Origin: Cyanobacteria bacterium auto_48_18
GTDB lineage: Bacteria; Cyanobacteriota; Vampirovibrionia; Obscuribacterales; Obscuribacteraceae
DNA: 64,000 bases
Reading direction: 5' to 3'
NCBI GenBank assembly: GCA_036170915.1
Contig: JAVHQC010000035.1
Span: 96,001 to 160,000 of the forward strand
This document shows positions 47,256 through 56,860 of this stretch, piece after piece. Both the position numbers and the translations under genes were made by a program. Numbering within the stretch: position 1 is the stretch's first letter; every line of letters begins with the position of its first letter. The notes below the pieces were generated by a model. It did no database searches. It saw only the letters and a list, made by a program, of their open reading frames with translations, and was not told the DNA's origin.

Positions 47256-48869
47256 TTAGCCTTTGATGTCGCGATAAAGTGCAATAGGCATGGCTGCACG
47301 CAGAGCCGCTGCCTTAGCCGCTTCACCAGCAGCAAGCAAAACTCCTAAATCAAGACAATCTTCAGGAATACAACTAACGCCAAAGGCCAAAGACAAGTTT
47401 GAGCTATCAATATTCGGGCTCAAAGGCGCACTCCAAATTGCTTTAGCCACTCTCTGAGCAAAAGTATTGGCACCAGTAGTTTTTGTATTCGGTAAAAGCA
47501 TTGCATAATCATATTGGTCATAGTGGGCCAATAAATCGATGTGACGCTTCAAACGGCTGATGCGACGCACTACTTCGGCCAGTGCAGGAGTATCAAGTGG
47601 CTGCCTTTCAAAATGAGGCGGGCCGCTAATTACTCGCATCTCCATTACCATTACAGAAAGTGGACTGCCTGATCGGTAACCGCGGAAATATTCTTGCTCG
47701 AGAAAATACAAGAACGCTTCATAAGTAAACATGCCGGTTTCAGGCCGTCGCAAGTTCATCATGACACTGTGAATCTTTGATTTATCAATAATCTTGGGGG
47801 CGATTGTTGCCTTCTCTTCTTTGACACCAACGAAGTCATTGGTGAATGTAATCAAGTCGGCGTTAAGCAAAAGGGTAATCAAAGGCACCCACTGGCTGCG
47901 CGATAGACGTGTTTTATCGACAAGTGCTTTAATTGTGGTCTTATCATCAATCACTGAATAAAAAGCTTTCAGTATATGACTGGCCACAGTGGTATCGTGC
48001 GCCGCCAGACTTTCAAAGTCGTAACCGACCACGCTCTCATGTTTACGAATGAGCACAGAATCAGTCTGCAGGCCAACGTTGCGCAAGAACGTAACTTTGT
48101 CCACAAGGTGCACGCCCAGAATTACAAGATTCTCGATGGGCTGAGCAACGTTTCTCTGAGCCACTCTAACTCGTGGTTCAAATTGGTACTTTCCTTCGCG
48201 CCAGGTGAGCAAATCTAAAATGCCTTCATCACCTAAGATGCCGCCTACATCTGCATGTTGAGGTTCGCCATCAACAAAGAATATTTTTGCGTGCAAACTA
48301 CCTTGATCAACATCAAGTCGGCCGGTCATTTTCGCTAATAAAATTGACTGCAGCAATCTGGAAATTTCAACAAGTGACAGGTCACCGTTAGGTGGCAACG
48401 TGGACCGCGTCCAGGCATTGTCTTGCGGTTGGGTGACTGACTTATTGCTTTTGGGATCAGTTTCATCGTTTTGCTTGGAAGTCTGCATAAAGAGCGTGTC
48501 GCGTCGCTTGGACGAATCTCTAAAAGCTTCACTGACTGAAATCACACCGTCCGCTTGTACACTCTGGTGCACTTCGCCGCATGACGAAATAATCAGATTA
48601 TAGACAAGCAAAACGTCACAGCTGGTGTAATCCCAGACCAGGCGCATGTTCTTGCCGACGAATAATTTCCATTCAGTGTCTCCGCCACGCCAGGGACAAA
48701 GAATATTGAGAGTAAAATCTATTGCTCGATCGGGTGTAGACCACGTAATTTCAACTTGCCTTCCCCGATGCTCCATTGCCACCGATAAATAGTGGTGAAT
48801 TTCAGACAAACCCGGCGCGGCCGGTAACTTCTGAAGAGTTTTAGGGAGCGGACCCGATCTCCGTAACAT
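47256..48869 (-). CDS. DUF4388 plus degenerate GGDEF domain protein
   Basis: GDLSLVEISRLLQSILLAKMTGRL...IFFVDGEPQHA...WREGKYQF; GGDEF-fold PETGMFT...PLSVMVME...RHIDLLAHYDQYDYAMLLPNT...LAFGVS. Confidence 0.82.
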   Translation of the reverse strand: MLRRSGPLPKTLQKLPAAPGLSEIHHYLSVAMEHRGRQVEITWSTPDRAIDFTLNILCPWRGGDTEWKLFVGKNMRLVWDYTSCDVLLVYNLIISSCGEVHQSVQADGVISVSEAFRDSSKRRDTLFMQTSKQNDETDPKSNKSVTQPQDNAWTRSTLPPNGDLSLVEISRLLQSILLAKMTGRLDVDQGSLHAKIFFVDGEPQHADVGGILGDEGILDLLTWREGKYQFEPRVRVAQRNVAQPIENLVILGVHLVDKVTFLRNVGLQTDSVLIRKHESVVGYDFESLAAHDTTVASHILKAFYSVIDDKTTIKALVDKTRLSRSQWVPLITLLLNADLITFTNDFVGVKEEKATIAPKIIDKSKIHSVMMNLRRPETGMFTYEAFLYFLEQEYFRGYRSGSPLSVMVMEMRVISGPPHFERQPLDTPALAEVVRRISRLKRHIDLLAHYDQYDYAMLLPNTKTTGANTFAQRVAKAIWSAPLSPNIDSSNLSLAFGVSCIPEDCLDLGVLLAAGEAAKAAALRAAMPIALYRDIKG

Positions 48870-49083
48870 TGGACACCATCCTTTTTCAGCCTGTGTCTAC
48901 AGCAATAGGTTTCTCAACCTAACTCGACACAGTTAACGCCTTACGACTGACAATATGCCCAGCAAATTCAAAACTAACCCAATCAGGGCCCCAATTAGAG
49001 TGCTAGCGTCTTATAAAAAAACATTGCCACGTACCTAATACTACAGGTAGTGCATTTTGTCTTCAATAAACTCGCTCAATCAC

Positions 49084-49575
49084 TCAGTAGCGTTTCATCA
49101 AATATTGACCAGCCAGCACCATCACCAATATGAAGGCACCATTAATTGCTAGAGCCATGGAGAACAGGCTCGTACCGACCATCAACTGCCAGCAGACAAG
49201 TGCATGTCGTGGTGACATGACACGCAAAATACCAAAGCGTCCGACAATAAAAATAGTGAGTGCGAAGAGGAAAAACAAATCGGCTGCAAGTAAACAAAAG
49301 ATTGCATAGCGACCAAGGCCCGCCAGGGGCAAGAAGAGAAAGACAAGCGCAGCCACAACGGAACCACGCAGAATTCTCACGCTCTGTTTATCAGTCTCTC
49401 GAACGGTAACGGCTTTATCATTGGCCGCCTGTTTCACATGGGCAAGTGATTCCCAAAAGGCCGCGATAACGCCAATACGCTTGTTCCCGCGCTCCGCGGG
49501 TATGTCTGCGGAGGGGCTCTGATGACCCGATTGAGGTTCGCTTTCGCTCATGGATACTCCTGTACTACCAGACAA
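49084..49575 (-). CDS. Hypothetical membrane protein (about 3 TM)
   Basis: Three hydrophobic segments; start may be ATG 49551. Confidence 0.6.
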   Translation of the reverse strand: MSGSTGVSMSESEPQSGHQSPSADIPAERGNKRIGVIAAFWESLAHVKQAANDKAVTVRETDKQSVRILRGSVVAALVFLFLPLAGLGRYAIFCLLAADLFFLFALTIFIVGRFGILRVMSPRHALVCWQLMVGTSLFSMALAINGAFILVMVLAGQYLMKRY

Positions 49576-49622
49576 AGTACCGCAATCTGGACAATTCCAA
49601 ACCTGCGAACTATAAGATTGGT

Positions 49623-50288
49623 TTAGAGCACAGCACTAGTTGTGGCAATAAGCTCGCTGCCGATATCAAAGAATGTTTGAAATAGTCTTTTTGCCTCGGC
49701 AACAATGGCGTCAATTTCGTTTTGATTGAAACCTTGAGCATTCATCGTTTCTTTAAAATTAGTCCAGCGCTCACGCTGTTTATCACCATAACGATCAAAA
49801 TAGCTGGCACCGCGATCTTCCGGCAGATTCATTCCAGCTCGCAAAGTTTTGGCCATAAACTTAGCACCGTTGGTTGAACCTTCCAGCACGTAAAGGAAAC
49901 CGAGTAAAGCCAAGGGTGAACGCCTGGCTAGCTCATCCATATAGCTGAGCAAACCAGCGGTAGAAGCTAGCGGCACAACACTATCAGGAGCAACTGAAAA
50001 ATAGTCAAGGTCACCAGTCACAGCACTGAGATCAGTATGATACGGAGCCAGTACAGCCGCCACACGAGTATCTGCCGAAGCAGCGCGTGTCAACAGGTCT
50101 CCCAAATGCTTATGCATGAGATAAAGCTGGCCCAGATAGGCTACATAGCGATCCTGCCTGACTGTACCGCTTCCCAACTGCTTCTGAAAATCTTGCCCTT
50201 CAGTGTCGTTGTGCATATCTTTAGTCGATTCGCGCAAAGCGTCCATTACGCCAACGGCATCGGATGCAGGTGTATTGTGGTCGGCCAT
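49623..50288 (-). CDS. Biliverdin-producing heme oxygenase
   Basis: LRESTKDMH (proximal His helix), LYVLEGSTNGA, YF..YG, EA...F. Start moved to ATG 50288 (GGAG SD). Confidence 0.85.
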   Translation of the reverse strand: MADHNTPASDAVGVMDALRESTKDMHNDTEGQDFQKQLGSGTVRQDRYVAYLGQLYLMHKHLGDLLTRAASADTRVAAVLAPYHTDLSAVTGDLDYFSVAPDSVVPLASTAGLLSYMDELARRSPLALLGFLYVLEGSTNGAKFMAKTLRAGMNLPEDRGASYFDRYGDKQRERWTNFKETMNAQGFNQNEIDAIVAEAKRLFQTFFDIGSELIATTSAVL

Positions 50289-50406
50289 AAAATCTCCAGC
50301 GCATAGACGGGACGCCAATAGTTTATTACAAGCCCTGAATTTTAAGCGGAATAGTTGTGATTCTTTGCGTTTCCAGATTTCAAGAGCCGTTCTCTTTACC
50401 TTTTGA

Positions 50407-51516
50407 CTATTTGCTGAACAGATAATGGGAAACCATCCACTCTTGGCCCTGGCGGAAAGACCACAGCTCAGCACAGGCCATAAAGAATAGCCGCCAGAAC
50501 GCCCACCAGCGCAATGCCTGGTCTTTGCCGTAGGTGTTTGCCAGAACAGGCAAAATCGCTTTTTTATTGCGGTCCATATTTGCCAGCCAGTGATTAGCGG
50601 TCTGACCATAGTGTTCACCGCTCACAGTCCAGTGCTTTTCAATTTTCAGATCGTTCTGAAAATAAAGCAGCAGATCGTTTGAAGGCATAATTCCGCCGGC
50701 AAAGAAGTTACGAGTCATCCAGTCGGTGCCGTCTTTATCTTCATAGTGATAGCAGAGATCTTTGTGAGTGAAAATGTGCACGAACAATTTGCCTTCAGTG
50801 CTAAGGCAGCCAGCAATGCGGGAAAGCAACAAATCATAGTTTTTCATATGTTCAAACATTTCGACTGATACCACTCTATCGAATGGTTCACCAAGCTGAA
50901 AATCAAAATCATTCATATCACAAGTAATTACTGTGACATTCGTTAAACCCAGCTGTCGGCAACGTTCTTCAATATAAAGCCTCTGACTACTTGAATTGGA
51001 AACTGCAGTAATCTTACTTTTAGGAAAGCGCTCGGCAAGATAAAGTGTAAGCGAACCCCAACCACAACCAAGCTCGAGAATTCTCTGACCATCACTAAGA
51101 TCGGCACGGGCAGCAGTAAGAGCAAGCATAGCCTCTTCTGCCTGATCAAGTGTGTCATCACTGTTGACGTAGTAACAGGAGCTGTATTTCATGCGGCGGC
51201 CCAGGCAGAGTTTAAAAAATTCAGCCGGAACTTGATAGTGCTGTTCATTGGCTGAATCAGTCTTAATGGCCACAGGCATAAGCTTCAGCTCTTGCACCAT
51301 GGCAAGCAAATGTTCTTGGCGTAACTGATGAGTGGGTTTGGTTTCTTCTTTCAATTTTGTCAGCAGCAAGTTTCTAATGCCCGCTCGCACTAAAAAATCG
51401 GGCACCATATTAGTGGCTAAGATTTCGTAAATTAGTGCTTCCGAGCCTGGCTTGCTCAAGCTCTCAAAATCGATCTGAGTTTTAGTATTCTTTTCGTCGG
51501 TTTCAACAGCGGTCAT
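50407..51516 (-). CDS. CFA-synthase-like SAM-dependent methyltransferase
   Basis: ANEQHY.VP, MKYSSCY, ILELGCGWGSL, VSVEMFEHM, GGIMPS. Confidence 0.88.
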   Translation of the reverse strand: MTAVETDEKNTKTQIDFESLSKPGSEALIYEILATNMVPDFLVRAGIRNLLLTKLKEETKPTHQLRQEHLLAMVQELKLMPVAIKTDSANEQHYQVPAEFFKLCLGRRMKYSSCYYVNSDDTLDQAEEAMLALTAARADLSDGQRILELGCGWGSLTLYLAERFPKSKITAVSNSSSQRLYIEERCRQLGLTNVTVITCDMNDFDFQLGEPFDRVVSVEMFEHMKNYDLLLSRIAGCLSTEGKLFVHIFTHKDLCYHYEDKDGTDWMTRNFFAGGIMPSNDLLLYFQNDLKIEKHWTVSGEHYGQTANHWLANMDRNKKAILPVLANTYGKDQALRWWAFWRLFFMACAELWSFRQGQEWMVSHYLFSK

Positions 51517-52331
51517 GATGCACTCCTCTTCTTAAACCAGGGAATGAACGGGCTGGTACTTCGCTGGTATGCGGCATAGACTTCTCCTTTGCTACGCAAT
51601 GCTTGCTCTTCTGTGGCTTTGACCCCGGTCACTTTTACAAGAAACCAGAGCATCAAGAGCGGGCAATAGAATGTGCACCAGCCGTAAGGAACAGCCAGTG
51701 AAAAGACAAAAAACGCCACCCAGACAAGCCACTCAAAAAAATAATTGGGATGTCTGGAATAGTTCCACAATCCAACCTGGCAAACTTTACCGCGATTTGA
51801 TGGGTCTTTTTTAAATGTTTCAAGCTCATGATCTGCAAGGCTTTCACCCACTAAGGCAATAAGAAAAATCACCATGCCGATAATCTCGCAAGCAGCAAAT
51901 CTTGGCACAGCATTGACCATGGCCAGGGCAAATGGCAAAGTTAAAGACGCCAGCAAGACCGCCTGCATTTCGAAAGCAAGAAACAGCCCTAAAGCAGCAT
52001 TCTTGCCCCATGCCTGACGATATGCGCTGTAGCGTCCATCTTCAGCCGGCCACAATCGCTTGAAACGAATGGCCAGAAAGAAACCCAATCGCAGGCTCCA
52101 GCACGCCACCATCAGTAGTACTATAGCATTGCGCGGCATCCAGCCCCAGCCATGCATATAAGCCAGAGTAAAATCAATCGAGGCAAGAACTACAAAGCCG
52201 AAACCCCAGACCACATCAACAATACCCGCATTGTTGATCTTCTCGCTCACCAGCCAAACCAGAAACATCAGTACAATCATGGTGGCAAAGCTTACTAGCA
52301 TTAATGTAATTATTGACGAAAGTTCTGCCAC
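51513..52331 (-). CDS. DUF1295 / steroid 5-alpha-reductase-like membrane protein
   Basis: NAGIVDVVW, EDGRY, GLWNYSRHPNYFFEW, YQRSTSPFIPW. Confidence 0.88.
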   Translation of the reverse strand: MAELSSIITLMLVSFATMIVLMFLVWLVSEKINNAGIVDVVWGFGFVVLASIDFTLAYMHGWGWMPRNAIVLLMVACWSLRLGFFLAIRFKRLWPAEDGRYSAYRQAWGKNAALGLFLAFEMQAVLLASLTLPFALAMVNAVPRFAACEIIGMVIFLIALVGESLADHELETFKKDPSNRGKVCQVGLWNYSRHPNYFFEWLVWVAFFVFSLAVPYGWCTFYCPLLMLWFLVKVTGVKATEEQALRSKGEVYAAYQRSTSPFIPWFKKRSAS

Positions 52332-52347
52332 TGTTTTTCAACCTGCC

Positions 52348-53391
52348 TTATAACTGTTCTGTTTCTGCACTGGCGCGCTGCAGTCGATCTCGCACACCAT
52401 CCCAAGATTCGTCGGTTGAAACAGTTTCTACAAAAATACGATCGAGCTTCAAGGCATCGAAGTGTCGCAACTGTTCATAAAGCAACCGAGCGTACTGGTC
52501 TACCTCCGGTGGAGCAATTACCAGCGCGTCATATCCACGCCCGCTCATACTTTCCTTGAGCTGCTCAATTGTGGCTGCAGACGCTATCACTCCCACGCCC
52601 TGATCTAAAGCATTGAGTTCAAGGGCCAACTCTATTAAGCTTCTGCCGTCAGTCACTGTCAATTTTGTCTGCGGAGCGTAATGGCTAGGCAAAGAACCGG
52701 GCACACGCAGCTCTGCTTGCCCAGTATTATTCGAAGCCAATTTATACCCGAGTACAGCTTCTAAAGCCTGACTGGAGATCATTCCGGGGCGCAAAATTTT
52801 GGCTTCAGTGGTAAGGGCGATGATCGTCGATTCAATACCAACTTCACAGGCACCACCATCTAAAACCATGGCCAGAGGTGAATCTCCTTCTAAATGAAAT
52901 TCAGAACGCACCGCTTCAGCCGTTGTGGGCGAAAGTCGGCCAAAGCGATTGGCGGAAGGGGCAGCCAGGCCACCAGTTTTAGCCAACAACTTCAGAGCAA
53001 CCGGGTGCGCCGGCAAGCGCAAACCGATTGAATCTTGACCACCAGTGACCTGCGAAAGTACATGATCAGCTTTGGGTAAAATCATGGTCATGGGCCCAGG
53101 CCAGAATTTTTCGGCCAATTTGTAAGCGTCAGCTGAGATATTTTTTGCCCATTTCTCTAACTCACTGATGGCGGCAATATGCACAATCACCGGATGCGAT
53201 GCAGGACGCCCTTTCAACTCATATAAAGACGCAAGCGCTCTTTCATTGCTTGCATCAGCACCAAGGCCATAAACTGTTTCAGTAGGAAATGCCACCAGTT
53301 TACCGGCCTTAAGAAAAGCAGCGGCGCGTTCAAGTTCAAGTTCAAGTTCAAGTTCAAGTTCAAGTGCGTGATCAGAGGCAGTCATTTTCAT
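52348..53391 (-). CDS. sua5: L-threonylcarbamoyladenylate synthase (Sua5-type)
   Basis: VAFPTETVYGLGA, KGRP..HP.IVH, FWPGP.T, AAPSAN, PG....HYAP linker plus SUA5 C-domain. Confidence 0.93.
   Translation of the reverse strand: MKMTASDHALELELELELELERAAAFLKAGKLVAFPTETVYGLGADASNERALASLYELKGRPASHPVIVHIAAISELEKWAKNISADAYKLAEKFWPGPMTMILPKADHVLSQVTGGQDSIGLRLPAHPVALKLLAKTGGLAAPSANRFGRLSPTTAEAVRSEFHLEGDSPLAMVLDGGACEVGIESTIIALTTEAKILRPGMISSQALEAVLGYKLASNNTGQAELRVPGSLPSHYAPQTKLTVTDGRSLIELALELNALDQGVGVIASAATIEQLKESMSGRGYDALVIAPPEVDQYARLLYEQLRHFDALKLDRIFVETVSTDESWDGVRDRLQRASAETEQL
53329..53364. repeat. Perfect (TTCAAG)6 microsatellite encoding (LE)6 near the Sua5 N-terminus
   Basis: Six exact hexamer copies read directly from the sequence. 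Confidence 0.92.
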
Positions 53392-53404
53392 TATCCGTGA
53401 GATT

Positions 53405-54742
53405 TTAGACCAATCTCTTAAGAAGCTCCCCGTGGCTTAAATTAAGATTGTTGGGCCTAGTATAAACTGCTTGCACAGCGGTGATATTGCGCATGGCAAA
53501 AGCCGAAAAGCAATAAGACAAATAATATTGCCATTTGCGCACAAAAATCTGGTCGAAACCGAGCGCGTGCACTTGCTCTAGACGAGACTCAAACTCCGTT
53601 TGCCAAATCTCCAGCGTTTTCGCGTAGTAGTTGCCGATATCTTCAAGATCATGCAGGAACAAGTCGCTCTTACAGCGCTCCAGCGCCTGACTGACACGCC
53701 GATGACTGAGCAACTGAGAGCCTGGAAATATATGTTTCTGAATAAAATCAGTATTCTGACGCAATAAATCGTAGCGAGAATCAGGACACGTAATCATCTG
53801 CAAAGCAAGCAAGCCATCTTTTTTTAGAAGCGAATTACACTGCTTGAAAAATACATCAAGATACTCATCACCTACTGCTTCGATCATTTCAATGGAAACA
53901 ATTTTGTCAAATTGACCATCAATTTGCCGGTAGTCTTGCAAACGCAAATCAACTTTACGTTCTAAGCCACAAGCAGCTAATCGTTTTTGAGCATAATCAA
54001 ACTGTTCCTGTGAAATAGTAACGGCGGTTATGGAACAGCCATAATTTCTGGCCGCATACTCGGCAAAGCCTCCCCATCCGCAACCGATTTCAAGCACACT
54101 ATCTGTTGCTTTAATTTTGAGCTTGCTGCAAAGACTTTCATATTTCGCCTCTTGTGCCGCAGCCAAATCAGAATTCCAATTTTTAAAATAGGCGCTGGAA
54201 TAAGTCATTGATTGATCAAGAAATAGCTTAAACAAATCATTACTCAAATCATAGTGGTACGAGATATTGCGGCGGCTATTGCTCTCATGATTTCTGCGCC
54301 CGTAATGCAAAATTTGATTGACCGCACCAAGCAAATTAAAAGAACGCCAGCTGTTGTTGCCTTCAAGAATCTGGCAATTGTTGACATTCAGCAGGGCCCA
54401 GGCAATCACACCGGCCACATCACTACTCGACCAATCGCCATCCATGAATGACTCAGACAACCCTACGTGACCAAAAACTACAAGGCGACTAAAGAACTTT
54501 TCGTTCACAACTTTGATGTCAGCCTTGATCAGTACAGCCGAAGTATCACTGCGCTGGGCACCAAAATAAAGTACCTCTCCCTCGGGCAAAGTTAAAGTGA
54601 GCTGCCCAGACTTCATGGCAGCCAGTGCAGAAATCACGATTTTGCGACACATGCGTTGCCAGACTGTGAGCCCATGGCGCCCTGACGGCGCCACAGATGA
54701 GTTCTGCGAAGCTGCTTTAAACTCTACTTTCGACTTCGGCAT
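53405..54742 (-). CDS. Cyclopropane-fatty-acyl-phospholipid synthase family methyltransferase (Cfa/UfaM-like)
   Basis: NISYHYDLSN, MTYSSA, VLEIGCGWGG, SIEMIEAVG, FIQKHIFPG. Start moved to ATG 54742 (AAGGA SD). Confidence 0.9.
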   Translation of the reverse strand: MPKSKVEFKAASQNSSVAPSGRHGLTVWQRMCRKIVISALAAMKSGQLTLTLPEGEVLYFGAQRSDTSAVLIKADIKVVNEKFFSRLVVFGHVGLSESFMDGDWSSSDVAGVIAWALLNVNNCQILEGNNSWRSFNLLGAVNQILHYGRRNHESNSRRNISYHYDLSNDLFKLFLDQSMTYSSAYFKNWNSDLAAAQEAKYESLCSKLKIKATDSVLEIGCGWGGFAEYAARNYGCSITAVTISQEQFDYAQKRLAACGLERKVDLRLQDYRQIDGQFDKIVSIEMIEAVGDEYLDVFFKQCNSLLKKDGLLALQMITCPDSRYDLLRQNTDFIQKHIFPGSQLLSHRRVSQALERCKSDLFLHDLEDIGNYYAKTLEIWQTEFESRLEQVHALGFDQIFVRKWQYYLSYCFSAFAMRNITAVQAVYTRPNNLNLSHGELLKRLV

Positions 54743-55568
54743 GTTTGTGTTCCTTTTCACTGCGATTTAGCACATCAATTTGCATCTGGGGAGAATCTTG
54801 TTTAGCGAAGAATGGCACCTGCTTAAGCCAGAGCATCAGGGCATGCAGGTGGATAGCTGTAATAACCTTTAAAGTGAGCAAAGGATACTGCAAAAATAAA
54901 GACAGATCTAAATTGAAAATCGGTGCACTTTGGCCATGGACATTGGTCACTAGAAGCGTCTCACCACCCTCACTGAGGGTATTTACAGAAAGATTGATCT
55001 GATCTTGCGGTAAGGACAAAATAAAGTGAAAGTAGTCTGACACTCGAGAAAATGGTGAAACATAAAAGTGTTTAGCAGCCAGCAAATTGAAAACGTTCTC
55101 TGAACTCATTGAGTTACCGCTTAGCAAATACATTTTCATTTCGCCAAAAGTGTTGCCAACTTCGGCCACAGCAGCAAGCGGAGAGTGGTGCTTGTCAAAA
55201 ACAAAATAAAAAGAGACAGGGTTGAAAACATAACCCAAGATACGCGGATAAGTCAGCAAAAAGATGCTGCCGTCAAACTCGCTCACAGAGTCCGATAAAA
55301 TATGATGCTCACGCAGATAATGTAGCATTCTATCCTTTAGAGGTGCTGCATTATCTGCCAGTAAGTGATCAGAATCGTAGAAGCTAAAAAGGTTAAAACG
55401 ATTGCGGCTAAACAAAGGCAGGACCGCATCTAGACCATCGAGCTCATCAAGATTTAAATAGAGCATAAAGACTTTGTGCTTAAAGCCATAGCTGGCAGGC
55501 AACCGCCGTTGATGCATGATCTGGCAGCGATACACCTTGGAAGAAAAACTTTGGCCGCTTTTATTCAT
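54717..55568 (-). CDS. DUF1365 family protein
   Basis: H.R..P...F, PRILGYVFNPVSFYF, AEVGNTFGE, K.FYVSPF, IHLHALMLWLK. Confidence 0.9.
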   Translation of the reverse strand: MNKSGQSFSSKVYRCQIMHQRRLPASYGFKHKVFMLYLNLDELDGLDAVLPLFSRNRFNLFSFYDSDHLLADNAAPLKDRMLHYLREHHILSDSVSEFDGSIFLLTYPRILGYVFNPVSFYFVFDKHHSPLAAVAEVGNTFGEMKMYLLSGNSMSSENVFNLLAAKHFYVSPFSRVSDYFHFILSLPQDQINLSVNTLSEGGETLLVTNVHGQSAPIFNLDLSLFLQYPLLTLKVITAIHLHALMLWLKQVPFFAKQDSPQMQIDVLNRSEKEHKHAEVESRV

Positions 55569-56860
55569 AGAGCAGCGCCCACCGCACTTTTCTGCAAAAT
55601 CACTTTTGCCAGATCGATGGCTGAAGTCAATGCATCTTCATGAAAACCATAACGGAAATAGCTACCGCAATAATAAATCGACTGATCAGCTGAGACCATG
55701 TTCAGTGAAGACAAATGCTCTTGGGCAGCAGCTGTAGCTAAGTCAAAAAGCGGATGAGTATATTCGAGAGAGCGCACAATTTTGCTTGGGTCAATAAGAG
55801 ACCTACTATTGAGAGAGACGAAATAGTCTTTCTTAGCCAGGAGCCCCTGCAAGTTATTCATCCAATAATGAGTTGTGCTGGAAGGGCCGGGGGAGCTAAG
55901 AAACCTGGACTGATCACTTTCACCAACACGGTAATTCCACGAAGCCCAGGCTAGTTTTTCACGTGGCATTACCGAACTGTCAGTATGCACTGTGATCTCA
56001 TTATTCTGATATTTAAAAACAGAAAGAAGTTCGCGCTCCCGCTCGGTAGACTCCGCCAAAAGCGCCAGAGCTTGATCAGCATGGCAAGCCAGAATAGCCT
56101 TGTCGAAATCATAAGTGACCTCGGCAGAAGTTACCCGAGCACCATTAGAAGTACGCTCGACTTTTGTAGCAGCACCATGGATGGAAACATTTTTAAGACT
56201 GCGACGCAAAGCACTGACATAATTGCGAGCGCCACCATCTACGGTGTACCACTGAAAATGGGTATCAAGGCCAAGAAAACCATGATTATCAAAAAAACGA
56301 ATCAAAGTACTCATGGGGAAATTTAGCATTTTATCTGGCGGCGTAGACCAGACTGCACCTCCCATAGGTATGAGATACCAGTTCAAAAAATCAACGCCAA
56401 GTTTGAAATGAGCCACATAATCTCGCACAGACATATCGCTCACATTAGACAACGAAAGGCTTGCCACTGCGTTCTTGTTGAACCAGTCGAGCTTAAGTAA
56501 CATGTGCCAAAATCGAAAGTTGAGCAAATTTTTGCGTTGAGCAAAAACGCGGTTCAGGCCAGCACCATTCCACTCTATGCCCTGAGGCAAATATTGCACT
56601 GAAAATGACATGTCGGTAGCTTTGACAGGCACGTTCAATTCAGCCAGCAAAGCTGTCAAATTAGGATAAGTACGCTGGTTATAAACCATAAAGCCAGTGT
56701 CAAAAGAAACGCAGTCTGATTCGCTTTGCACATCGATGGTGTTAGTGTGGCCACCAAGGTAATCGTTGCTTTCGAAAATTGTCAGCTCATAGTGCTCTTT
56801 GAGCTTGTATGCACAGCCAAGACCAGCGATTCCAGCACCGATAATGGCAAGCTTTTTCAT
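55565..56860 (-). CDS. FAD-dependent oxidoreductase (amine oxidase-like, cfa/DUF1365-associated)
   Basis: IIGAGIAGL, LGGHTNT, DTGFMVYN..TYPN, WASWNY, Y.HP, YGFHEDA. Confidence 0.9.
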   Translation of the reverse strand: MKKLAIIGAGIAGLGCAYKLKEHYELTIFESNDYLGGHTNTIDVQSESDCVSFDTGFMVYNQRTYPNLTALLAELNVPVKATDMSFSVQYLPQGIEWNGAGLNRVFAQRKNLLNFRFWHMLLKLDWFNKNAVASLSLSNVSDMSVRDYVAHFKLGVDFLNWYLIPMGGAVWSTPPDKMLNFPMSTLIRFFDNHGFLGLDTHFQWYTVDGGARNYVSALRRSLKNVSIHGAATKVERTSNGARVTSAEVTYDFDKAILACHADQALALLAESTERERELLSVFKYQNNEITVHTDSSVMPREKLAWASWNYRVGESDQSRFLSSPGPSSTTHYWMNNLQGLLAKKDYFVSLNSRSLIDPSKIVRSLEYTHPLFDLATAAAQEHLSSLNMVSADQSIYYCGSYFRYGFHEDALTSAIDLAKVILQKSAVGAAL

